A stretch of DNA of 64,000 nt from Octopus vulgaris (lineage: Eukaryota), in assembly GCA_951406725.2 (NCBI GenBank), contig OX597828.1, positions 2,294,001 through 2,358,000 on the forward strand, written 5' to 3'. This document shows, one piece after another, positions 28,122-39,733 of the stretch. Position numbers and translations under genes: made by a program. The notes under the pieces were generated by a model. The model saw nothing but the letters and a program-made list of their open reading frames with translations. It did not search any database and had not been told where the DNA came from. The first letter of the stretch is position 1; each line of letters begins with the position of its first letter.

Positions 28122-29400
28122 CTAGCTGAGTTACCCGGCGTTGCTCGGGATTAAAATGGCATGATCTGTATATATATTACAGTTATGTTGAAACATGTGT
28201 TACGGGAATGTGCAGCATTGCCGACAAAACATTGGTGAAGTAAATGATGCGCTAAGCGCTATGTCATTCGTTCCTTTGGAGTATTACAGGGCCTAACCTG
28301 TCATGGAAAATTGGAGGTGGGGTATGTGATTTTTGAACGCACCGAAGAGCTGTCAGCGGATATACTCTCCTTTGCGGCAGTCGGCGCTGCGTCTAACACA
28401 ACCCAATGTTACCGCCTTCGGGTTTGTTGTCCTACATCACTCATAAGGTAAATTTGGAGGAACTGTGGTTGTTCATTTGTGGGTAACAGGGAACCAATGA
28501 GGTAGTAGGCTTGCCCTTGAACATTGAACGTCGGCGTAAATCCATGTTCAACTATCTCCTTAGATGCACCAAACGATGTCATTTGAAATGCAGAGCTGCA
28601 TTGTTTGATATTGTTCAGAAAATCCTTTGACTGGATGGAGGTGCTTTCCAGAAGATCTATAAGAGGTTGAGGAGGTGCTGGTAGTGCTGGCTATCTTACC
28701 TTAGCGCCTGAGCAGCGCATGCCATTAGTTTCATTTAGACATTTTAAAGCTTTGCAGAAACGACAATTTTAGTTTAGCACAACGATTTGAACAAAATTAT
28801 CATTTTTATGAGAATGGGGTGGATCATATCCGAAAGCAGATCCAGGAGTTATGAAGAACGAATTTGTACGTAGTCTGTTTCTGAGAGCTATTCTATTGGA
28901 CCTCTGTCTAATCATTAAAACGTTGTTTTAATGATTGAACTGCAACATAGCTTTGCTGATCTTGGGGAGTCTCATCCCCCTTCTGTATTGAAATTCCATC
29001 TGACATGCTGCAGCATGCCTTTGCTGATCTTGGGAAAGTATCATCGCCCTTTTCTCTTGAAACTCCATTTGATGTGCTGCAGCATGCGTTTGCTGATCCT
29101 TAAATGTTATTTTAAAGGTAAATATGTAATTGCAAATACCTTGCAGCCTTGCAACTGCTGCGATAATGATTAACTGGTAATTGAACGGTAACTGTTTGTT
29201 TTCATTTACCTTGGACCTGCTACCTAATTGTTTTTTTGTCAAGAGTGTTCACCTCCAGCCGTTCGTTACGTCAGTCAACACATACACTGACACACACCAT
29301 TCTGCTGCCGTGGCCGTAAAGACGGAAAGTTGCCGATGCGTAATGTTGTTCACATTAGGATATAAGTTATTCATTTATTTCAGATATGATAGAAATAAGA
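28122..29400 (-). mobile_element. Helitron, internally deleted, with RepHel N-terminal remnant
   Basis: 3' end CCCGAGCAACGCCGGG hairpin + CTAG|T; translation FLNNIKQCSSAFQMTSFGASKEIVEHGFTPTFNVQGQAYYLIGSLLP...PQFLQIY and a CRFCKALK zinc-finger-like segment; 5' end approximate. Confidence 0.8.
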
Positions 29401-29408
29401 TGATTTTA

Positions 29409-29864
29409 GGATTAAGGTTTTAGGGTTAGGGTTGGGGTTTTAGGGTTAGAGTTACGGAAAAATGAAAACTGAAGAAATTGGAGGGGTAGGGTAGGGAGCA
29501 AAAAAGTCTTTCCGAAAATAGTAGCTGAAAAACAGGAAACAAAACTAAAAGCAGTAGAAATGCACGAACGATTATGGTGGTGCCATGAAGTAAACATGCT
29601 TCAGATACACTCGTTTATTCATGCAAACGTAACTGAGATGAAATACGTTTTAAATAACAGTGACTAACAAAATATACACCACCGAAAGTTGTTGTTGATA
29701 AACAGCAGTAATTGATTGGTTGAAATTACCGAAATACAACTTCTACACGAAATGACTTCGTAAAAATATGTTTTATATGACACATTCTACCAGTATACGA
29801 AGTTTGAAAGTGTTTAGTTACAAAAAATTATTTTCTAAATCTGCCGGTCAAGAGGTAAAGATCC
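29409..29864 (-). mobile_element. partial MITE related to 38268-42959, with (TTAGGG)-like tract
   Basis: CATTCTACCAGTATACGAAGTTTGAAAGTGTTTAGTTAC is the reverse complement of ~38310-38350; ends ...AAAGATCC. Confidence 0.6.
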
Positions 29865-29889
29865 TAAAATTTTTTTAACTAAGACTCAG

Positions 29890-30858
29890 AAAATAAAATT
29901 TGTGTCCATAAAATAACGTGAATATCAAGTTAGAATTGGATACAAGAAGTGATATCACGATAATTAATACAGACGCATGGAGAAAATAGGGAAACCTAGA
30001 TTAAAGGAAACTTCGAAAATTGTGCGAGGTGTTTCAGGAAAAAAATTGCATTTTAGGCACGAAATGTTAAATGATGTTTCATTTCGTGGAAAAACTTTGA
30101 AATCCAAAGTTTTTGTGTTGAAAAATACGACAAATTTATTTGGAACAGATTGGATTGAACTAGTTAACTTATGGGACCTACCCATAAATATTTTTTGTAC
30201 GAATGCGAATGGTTATTCTGCCAGTACAAATAAGGCGTCGGAGTATTTAAAAAAATAATTTTTTTAAAATTTTCCTGAAGTTCTTTCTGCGGAATTGGGT
30301 CTTGCACCAAAACAGAGGCAAAGTTTCAAGTGAAAGAAAACGCTATACCGGTGTTTAAACCAAAAAGAACAATACCTTTCGCAGCCTTGAAACAAGTGAA
30401 CGAAGAGATGGATAGACTTCAAAAGCTTAGCGTGATTGAAAAAATTGATTACACAAATTGGGCGTCCCCTACAGTCTATGTCAAGAAAATAAAATAATAA
30501 AATCCGAGTTTGCGCTGATTTCTCAACGGGATTAAACAAATGTTTGATGCCATATAATTAGCCGTTACCAAGTCTGGAAGAAAGTTTCGCGAAGTTGAAT
30601 GGAGGAAAATTATTTTCAAAGTTGGACCTACCTGAAGCATATTTGCAGGTAGAAGTCGATGAGGAATGTTCAAAATTATTGACAATAAATACCCATAAAG
30701 GGTTGTATAAATTTAATCAACGCCTTTGGTATAAAGGTAGTACCTGGCATTTTCTAACATTATGCTCGCAGGTTCGGATTTCGTTGTAGCTTACGTTGAC
30801 GACATATTCATAAAAAGTAAATCTCGAGGTCAGCATGCTAAACATGTTAAAAAGGTCA
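29890..30858 (+). pseudogene. Ty3/Gypsy (Mag-like) pol remnant: protease-RT
   Basis: LFGTDWI, PVFKPKRTIPFA, WASPTVYVKK, IRVCADFSTGLN, FSKLDLPEAYLQV..LLTINTHKGLY, AYVDDI; frameshifts and stops. Confidence 0.88.
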
Positions 30859-31118
30859 GGTCACTCTTGGACGTTACTGGTAAGGTGTAATCCAGTACAA
30901 TATGTCGCATTGGTCAGGTCGCTTTTTGGAGCGCTATTGGTAGCATGTAATCCAGTAGAACCCATTGCATGCACGGGGAGATCGAGAAATTGGTTAAAGT
31001 TGGTAGAAGTCGGCAGCCAAATTACCACCAGTAAGATACTTATCATGTCCTGTGAAAAGGCAGCAAATCGGCAGAAGTCGTTGAAGAGTTTTGCACTAAA
31101 GTAGGTTCGAGCGAAAAG

Positions 31119-34100
31119 CAAGAGTGCTAACAAGAGGGCTTAGTACAACGAAACACAAGAGTGCTAACAAGAGGGCTTAGTACAACGAAACACAAGAGTG
31201 CTAACAAGAGGGCTTAGTACATTGAAACACAAGAGTGCTAACAAGAGGGCTTAGTACAACGAAACACAAGAGTGCTAACAAGAGGGCTTAGTACATCGAA
31301 ACACAAGAGTGCTAACAAGAGGGCTTAGTACAACGAAACAGAAGAGTGCTAACAAGAGGGCTTAGTACAACGAAACACAAGAGTGCTAACAAGAGGGCTT
31401 AGTACATCGAAACACAAGAGTGCTAACAAGAGGGCTTAGTACATCGAAACACAAGAGTGCTAACAAGAGGGCTTAGTACAACGAAACACAAGAGTGCTAA
31501 CAAGAGGGCTTAGTACATCGAAACACAAGAGTGCTAACAAGAGGGCTTAGTACATCGAAACACAAGAGTGCTAACAAGAGGGCTTAGTACAACGAAACAC
31601 AAGAGTGCTAACAAGAGGGCTTAGTACAACGAAACACAAGAGTGCTAACAAGAGGGCTTAGTACATCGAAACACAAGAGTGCTAACAAGAGGGCTTAGTA
31701 CAACGAAACACAAGAGTGCTAACAAGAGGGCTTAGTACATCGAAACACAAGAGTGCTAACAAGAGGGCTTAGTACATCGAAACACAAGAGTGCTAACAAG
31801 AGGGCTTAGTACAACGAAACACAAGAGTGCTAACAAGAGGGCTTAGTACAACGAAACACAAGAGTGCTAACAAGAGGGCTTAGTACATCGAAACACAAGA
31901 GTGCTAACAAGAGGGCTTAGTACAACGAAACACAAGAGTGCTAACAAGAGGGCTTAGTACATCGAAACACAAGAGTGCTAACAAGAGGGCTTAGTACATC
32001 GAAACACAAGAGTGCTAACAAGAGGGCTTAGTACAACGAAACACAAGAGTGCTAACAAGAGGGCTTAGTACAACGAAACACAAGAGTGCTAACAAGAGGG
32101 CTTAGTACATCGAAACACAAGAGTGCTAACAAGAGGGCTTAGTACAACGAAACACAAGAGTGCTAACAAGAGGCTTAGTACATCGAAACACAAGAGTGCT
32201 AACAAGAGGGCTTAGTACATCGAAACACAAGAGTGCTAACAAGAGGGCTTAGTACAACGAAACACAAGAGTGCTAACAAGAGGGCTTAGTACATCGAAAC
32301 ACAAGAGTGCTAACAAGAGGGCTTAGTACATCGAAACACAAGAGTGCTAACAAGAGGGCTTAGTACAACGAAACACAAGAGTGCTAACAAGAGGGCTTAG
32401 TACATCGAAACACAAGAGTGCTAACACGAGGGCTTAGTACAACGAAACACAAGAGTGCTAACAAGAGGGCTTAGTACATTGAAACACAAGAGTGCTAACA
32501 AGAGGGCTTAGTACAACGAAACACAAGAGTGCTAACAAGAGGGCTTAGTACATTGAAACACAAGAGTGCTAACAAGAGGGCTTAGTACAACGAAACACAA
32601 GAGTGCTAACAAGAGGGCTTCGTACATCGAAACACAAGAGTGCTAACAAGAGGGCTTAGTACATCGAAACACAAGAGTGCTAACAAGAGGGCTTAGTACA
32701 ACGAAACACAAGAGTGCTAACAAGAGGGCTTAGTACATCGAAACACAAGAGTGCTAACACGAGGGCTTAGTACAACGAAACACAAGAGTGCTAACAAGAG
32801 GGCTTAGTACATTGAAACACAAGAGTGCTAACAAGAGGGCTTAGTACAACGAAACACAAGAGTGCTAACAAGAGGGCTTAGTACATTGAAACACAAGAGT
32901 GCTAACAAGAGGGCTTAGTACAACGAAACACAAGAGTGCTAACAAGAGGGCTTAGTACATCGAAACACAAGAGTGCTAACAAGAGGGCTTAGTACATCGA
33001 AACACAAGAGTGCTAACAAGAGGGCTTAGTACAACGAAACACAAGAGTGCTAACAAGAGGGCTTAGTACAACGAAACACAAGAGTGCTAACAAGAGGGCT
33101 TAGTACAACGAAACACAAGAGTGCTAACAAGAGGGCTTAGTACAACGAAACACAAGAGTGCTAACAAGAGGGCTTAGTACATCGAAACACAAGAGTGCTA
33201 ACAAGAGGGCTTAGTACATTGAAACACAAGAGTGCTAACAAGAGGGCTTAGTACAACGAAACACAAGAGTGCTAACAAGAGGGCTTAGTACAACGAAACA
33301 CAAGAGTGCTAACAAGAGGGCTTAGTACAACGAAACACAAGAGTGCTAACAAGAGGGCTTAGTACATCGAAACACAAGAGTGCTAACAAGAGGGCTTAGT
33401 ACAACGAAACACAAGAGTGCTAACAAGAGGGCTTAGTACATCGAAACACAAGAGTGCTAACAAGAGGGCTTAGTACAACGAAACACAAGAGTGCTAACAA
33501 GAGGGCTTAGTACATCGAAACACAAGAGTGCTAACACGAGGGCTTAGTACAACGAAACACAAGAGTGCTAACAAGAGGGCTTAGTACATTGAAACACAAG
33601 AGTGCTAACAAGAGGGCTTAGTACAACGAAACACAAGAGTGCTAACAAGAGGGCTTAGTACATTGAAACACAAGAGTGCTAACAAGAGGGCTTAGTACAA
33701 CGAAACACAAGAGTGCTAACAAGAGGGCTTAGTACATCGAAACACAAGAGTGCTAACAAGAGGGCTTAGTACATCGAAACACAAGAGTGCTAACAAGAGG
33801 GCTTAGTACAACGAAACACAAGAGTGCTAACAAGAGGGCTTAGTACATCGAAACACAAGAGTGCTAACACGAGGGCTTAGTACAACGAAACACAAGAGTG
33901 CTAACAAGAGGGCTTAGTACATTGAAACACAAGAGTGCTAACAAGAGGGCTTAGTACAACGAAACACAAGAGTGCTAACAAGAGGGCTTAGTACATTGAA
34001 ACACAAGAGTGCTAACAAGAGGGCTTAGTACAACGAAACACAAGAGTGCTAACAAGAGGGCTTAGTACATCGAAACACAAGAGTGCTAACAAGAGGGCTT

Positions 34101-35271
34101 AGTACATCGAAACACAAGAGTGCTAACAAGAGGGCTTAGTACAACGAAACACAAGAGTGCTAACAAGAGGGCTTAGTACAACGAAACACAAGAGTGCTAA
34201 CAAGAGGGCTTAGTACAACGAAACACAAGAGTGCTAACAAGAGGGCTTAGTACAACGAAACACAAGAGTGCTAACAAGAGGGCTTAGTACAACGAAACAC
34301 AAGAGTGCTAACAAGAGGGCTTAGTACAACGAAACACAAGAGTGCTAACAAGAGGGCTTAGTACAACGAAACACAAGAGTGCTAACAAGAGGGCTTAGTA
34401 CAACGAAACACAAGAGTGCTAACAAGAGGGCTTAGTACAACGAAACACAAGAGTGCTAACAAGAGGGCTTAGTACAACGAAACACAAGAGTGCTAACAAG
34501 AGGGCTTAGTACAACGAAACACAAGAGTGCTAACAAGAGGGCTTAGTACAACGAAACAGAAGAGTGCTAACAAGAGGGCTTAGTACATCGAAACACAAGA
34601 GTGCTAACAAGAGGGCTTAGTACATCGAAACACAAGAGTGCTAACAAGAGGGCTTAGTACAACGAAACAGAAGAGTGCTAACAAGAGGGCTTAGTACAAC
34701 GAAACAGAAGAGTGCTAACAAGAGGGCTTAGTACAACGAAACACAAGAGTGCTAACAAGAGGGCTTAGTACAACGAAACACAAGAGTGCTAACAAGAGGG
34801 CTTAGTACAACGAAACACAAGAGTGCTAACAAGAGGGCTTAGTACATCGAAACACAAGAGTGCTAACAAGAGGGCTTAGTACAACGAAACACAAGAGTGC
34901 TAACAAGAGGGCTTAGTACAACGAAACACAAGAGTGCTAACAGGAGGGCTTAGTACATCGAAACACAAGAGTGCTAACAAGAGGGCTTAGTACAACGAAA
35001 CACAAGAGTGCTAACAAGAGGGCTTAGTACAACGAAACACAAGTGTGCTAACAGGAGGGCTTAGTACAACGAAACACAAGAGTGCTAACAAGAGGGCTTA
35101 GTACAACGAAACACAAGAGTGCTAACAAGAGGGCTTAGTACATCGAAACACAAGAGTGCTAACAAGAGGGCTTAGTACAACGAAACACAAGAGTGCTAAC
35201 AAGAGGGCTTAGTACAACGAAACACAAGAGTGCTAACAAGAGGGCTTAGTACAACGAAACACAAGAGTGCT
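31119..35271. repeat. 37-bp tandem satellite, ~112 copies
   Basis: Unit CAAGAGTGCTAACAAGAGGGCTTAGTACA(A/T)(C/T)GAAACA, head-to-tail with no spacers. Confidence 0.98.
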
Positions 35272-36309
35272 GTGTGCAAACGAACAATACTACCTAAGTG
35301 TCGGGTAACAATTACGTTACAACATCTGGAAACGAGTCGTCAGGATATAAAAGTGACGATGTAAAAAAGAAATAAAAATTTCAAATTTCAAACTCCATGC
35401 CGTTACTGCGTGAAAAGTTCGATGTTCTGTAAAAATTCAAATTCTTAATTTCAAATTCCAGACGGATATTGTGTGAAAAGGCCGATATTGCGTAAAAGAT
35501 ACTAGAAAAATAAATAAATGAAAATAATAATAAATATTAACTTCAAACAGAAATCAATCTCAAAGGGGGAGATGTTGTAGCGAGCATTATTGACATCTCT
35601 TGGGGATTGGAAGAATGGACTAGCTGAACTCTTATATAGATTTGTGGTCGATATTAGTAGCAAAGGCAGTTTTGGTAAGTCGTCTTGTTGATTCCTATTG
35701 AACTGCTGTTTTTGTGTGGAACACGTGTGTTTTACTTGAGTGTAATGGAAAAAAGTTTGAAAAAATAACTTTAGATTCGTCTTTTTCTTGAGTAATAGGA
35801 AAAGGGTTTTAAAAAGATCCCATGTATCATGGTGAGAGAAACAAATTCATAAATATGGTGTTGAATATGGTTTCTCTATAGAAAAAAGTTTTAGGGCGAT
35901 TTTAGCATATCTCATGGCCAACTGATTTATTCCTTATTTGTTTAATATGTTCAGTTAATTACTACGAGTTCTCTCAGTCACCAATAAGCAAGTTAACAAA
36001 TCTAATTGGTGTAGGAAGATCTGTATTGAATGCTTTAAGGTATAAATCTAGTTGTGGGTAAGAAGAATGTTTTACAGTATAAAAAATGTGCCAACGGAGT
36101 TAATGGTGAACGACATCAAGAACCGGTATACATTCTTCCGTGTCATCAGGAACATGGGTATAGTCTTGCAGCCTCTAAAAGAAACTTATGAAGTCGCTGG
36201 GTTGGAGCTGAAATGGGCCATATGAAAAGTAACTAAGCGACATATTGTTTCAGTTAGCTAGGTCTCATTCCGGGTCGAACAATACACTTTTTAAGGCTTC
36301 GCTATAAAC

Positions 36310-36735
36310 GGCGACTGGCAGAAACGTTAGCACGCCGGGCGAAATGCGTAGCAGTATTTCGTCTGCCGTTACGTTCTGAGTTTAAATTCCACCGAGGTCG
36401 ACGATGCCTTTCATCTTTTCGGGATCGATAAATTAAGTACCAGTTATGCACTGGGGTCGATGTAATCGACTTAATTCGTTTGTCTGTCTTTGTTTGTCCC
36501 CTCTATGTCCCTTGTAGGTAGTAAAGAAATAGGTATTTCGCCTGCCGCTACGTTCTGAGTTCAAATTCCGCCGAGGTCAACTTTGCCTGTCATCCTTTCA
36601 GAGTCGATTAAATAAGTACCAGTTACGCACTGGGGTCGATATAATCGACTTAATCCGTTTGTCTGTCCTTGTTTGTCCTCTCTGTGTTTAGCCCCTTGTG
36701 GGTAGTAAAGAAATAGGTATTTCGTTTCCCCCGCC
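36310..36735 (+). mobile_element. SINE family C, tandem dimer
   Basis: Head GGCGACTGGCAGAAACGTTAGCACGCCGGGCG; body+tail repeated twice; matches 16793-17510. Confidence 0.85.
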
Positions 36736-37653
36736 CCCCTCGGAAAAGATTTTCCCCACAAATTTCTTTATAACCGTAATGCATGCCGCTTGAAAGGTAT
36801 TTATATAAAATTTCATCAAAAAAAAACCCATTTTCCTAAAAGTTATAAGGGGAAAACTCGGATTTTCCGAAGCCTTTTGCCCAACCCCCAACCCCGTTGT
36901 TTTGCGCGCATTTTTGTTTTCATATTCGTTTCATAAAAATTTTTTTACACCCGTTGCACTATTTTATTTTTGTTTTATTTTCATTTCCGGATAATATTGT
37001 AAACATTAACCCATATCCGGAATATTTTCTTGAGCATTTTATTACATACTTATTCAGATAAGTTTAAATAGTTTTTCATTCGCTTTGTTTTATTCTGAAA
37101 TGCTGTTAATAACGAAATCGTTGTCTGAATTCCTCGTTACACCGAAATACTTTTTATACCCAATGAATATCGTTGTTACGGAAATCGCCTCTGTGTGTGT
37201 GTGTGTGTGTGTGTGTTTCAGTTATTGGACTGCAGCCATGGTGTGACACAGTCTTCATAGGTTTCGACAATCATATCGACCACAGCGCTTGTCTGTTGTT
37301 GTTTTTTTTTTGTAGTTTTCGTGTGAGTAGGGGGTGGGTGGGGTTAGCGATGTCTCTTTGACGAGGTATTAGGTTACAAACATGAATCACAATTTTAAAG
37401 CGATATAAACATAAACATAAATACGTATAATCATACACTTACATACATGCACAGACACACACACGCGCGCGCCCACGCATACGCACACACATAATATATA
37501 CACAGTGAGAATGAAAAGACAAGACAGGCTGTTAAGGGCCGGTAGAGTTGAAAGTTGGAAAGTTGTGGTAAATGTCATTTGCCCAAGATGCTGTCTAGTG
37601 GAACCGAACCCCAAGCTACTTAGCTGCAAAGAGAAATGCCTAACCAAACAGTA

Positions 37654-37720
<67 letters not shown>

Positions 37721-38649
37721 TGTGTGTGTACGCGTGTCAGTGTCGGTGTGTACATACATTCATTTATGCTCGCGCGCACACACTCAGATACATACACGCA
37801 GAATCACGCACATACACGTGTGCGCGCGCACACACACACACACACACACATACACATACACACATGAGGCCGGAAGTACTTTTAGGAAATAAATTTGGGG
37901 CAAATTTGATTCCATATTATCCTATTGTGAATGAATAAAGATAAAGAATTTTAAAAGAAAAGGACTAGAGGCTGTTAGTGGCTGACAGAACAGTTAAACT
38001 GGTGGGGTGCCTTTTCACTGAACAAGAAGTTCTTTATATTCAGTGCTTCAAACGTCCAGTTGAAATATTTTTATTTGTCCCGTAAGCATTTACTAGTTTA
38101 GCGACGTCGAGTCGTCAGCGAGGCGGACGCTATGTGGCATTTCTTCTAGCGCTTTACGTTCTACCGAGATCGACTTTCTCTTTCATCCTTTCAGGATTTG
38201 AGTACAGTAGTCGATGTGAAATGCTCCATCCACTAAAATTGTTGCACTCGTGCCCAGAATTTGAAGCGGATCTTTTCGGTTTGAACGGCAGTTTTTAATA
38301 TAATTTCTAGGTAACTAAAACATTTTAAACTTCGTATACTGGTAGAATGTGTTTATAAAACATCTTTTTTCTCTTGGCTTTATTGAGAAAATTCTATAGT
38401 TTGTAAGATATTTGTTGTTTTTTTCTTCAATTTCTGAAATTTCAACCAATCAAATACGTCTATTGAGGTGAAAACATTCTGTGCCGTATGAATATATCCC
38501 TCGTTTAAACAGATTGGGTTTATTTACATTTGCGAAGAAAAAAAGATACCCTTCCCCCCCACCACTAACCCTAACCCTAACTAACCCTAATCCTAAAACA
38601 GATAGAAATGCAATAGATCAATACTAGGGTCATAATTATGTGTGACAAT

Positions 38650-38925
38650 TGTGGTGTGGTGATGAGGGAGTGTGACAGAGCGGGAGGGAGCGGAAGTGGG
38701 TCTTGCAGGTCTCGCAGGGCGCATGCGCCGGCGGAAGCGGAAGTGACAGACAGAACGCACGTGCGGCATCGACCAGGGCAGTCAGACTCGAGAACGACGC
38801 CAAGACGAGAAGACGCTAGCAAGTTGGCTCAAGGCGAATCCGGCTTCATCTCTGCAGGTAAGACCAAATTACACTTCTAATTCTTTTCCTTGTTCTGTTA
38901 CGCTCCTTTCACCACACGTATCACA
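38650..38925 (+). repeat. 5' LTR
   Basis: Matches 42631-42906 except one G/A (GTGCGGCATC vs GTGCAGCATC). Confidence 0.97.
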
Positions 38926-38937
38926 AGCTATTTCGGC
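38926..38937 (+). promoter_or_regulatory. non-canonical primer-binding site complementary to tRNA-Phe nt 1-12
   Basis: AGCTATTTCGGC abuts the LTR; reverse complement GCCGAAATAGCT is the 5' end of metazoan tRNA-Phe(GAA). Confidence 0.75.
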
Positions 38938-38977
38938 AAAATAATCACTCGGTTTCGTAAAAATTTTAAAAAAAATT

Positions 38978-39733
38978 ATGCAGACTGCTATGATTTCACG
39001 CGACCCTATAACACCGTTTTGCGGCGACACCGACGTGGTCGCTTGGTTGAGGACGGTGAAGTTGGTGGCGAAGCTACACGGCATAGCTGACCTGGCTAGT
39101 TTTATGCCGTTGTATTTGGATGGCCCGGCGTTGGCGTTATATCTGGAGATGGAGGAGACGGACCAACGCAGCGCGGACAAGGTGGAGATCCGACTTATGG
39201 AGGCCTTCGCGGAAGGAATGTTTGAAGCGTACACTCGACTGGGTAGGATGAGGTGGACAGGACAGCAGGTGGACGTGTTCGCCGGCGAGCTTAGAAGGTT
39301 GGCAAAACTTGCGGGATATGAGGGAGAGTCGCTAGAACGCACGGTCAGGTTAGCGTTCGTGACCGGCTTTCCCGACATCATGTCGGTCGAGCTACAGAAG
39401 CTCCCGAACGTGCGTTCGATGCCGATGGCCGAGATTATATCGCGGGCACGTGTACTGGTGTCGTGCAGCAGGTTGACGTCGGTAGCAGCGACTGCAACGT
39501 CGAAAAGTGGCCCAGCTAGGAGCAACGGAGAGGGGCTGGGGAAAGAACGCGTGCGATCGTTTAAGGGACAGTGTTTCCGGTGCCAGGGCCCACACATGGT
39601 CCGTGACTGCGCGTCGCCCAAGCCTGAGGTGATTTGCTACCGGTGTCGAGAGCCGGGGCATGTGGCCAGCGAGTGTCTGCGGGGAAACGGACCGCGGGAG
39701 ACTACTGCGCCGGTAGTTGTCCCTTTGGATTAG
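38978..39733 (+). CDS. gag: Gag polyprotein (251 aa) with two zinc knuckles
   Basis: ATG-initiated ORF 52 bp after the LTR; CFRCQGPHMVRDC and CYRCREPGHVASEC. Confidence 0.93.
   Translation: MQTAMISRDPITPFCGDTDVVAWLRTVKLVAKLHGIADLASFMPLYLDGPALALYLEMEETDQRSADKVEIRLMEAFAEGMFEAYTRLGRMRWTGQQVDVFAGELRRLAKLAGYEGESLERTVRLAFVTGFPDIMSVELQKLPNVRSMPMAEIISRARVLVSCSRLTSVAATATSKSGPARSNGEGLGKERVRSFKGQCFRCQGPHMVRDCASPKPEVICYRCREPGHVASECLRGNGPRETTAPVVVPLD

Noticed and set aside
31119-35271. CRISPR-like array (37-bp repeat length)
   Set aside because: Units are contiguous with no unique spacers, no cas genes, eukaryotic context; it is a satellite
36736-37140. Homopolymer-rich unique segment after the SINE dimer
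   Set aside because: Looks like low-quality consensus or degenerate sequence; no interpretable structure
38931-38938. Sense match TTTCGGCA to the tRNA-Phe 3' end
   Set aside because: Consequence of acceptor-stem complementarity; the antisense match to nt 1-12 is longer and has the orientation needed for priming
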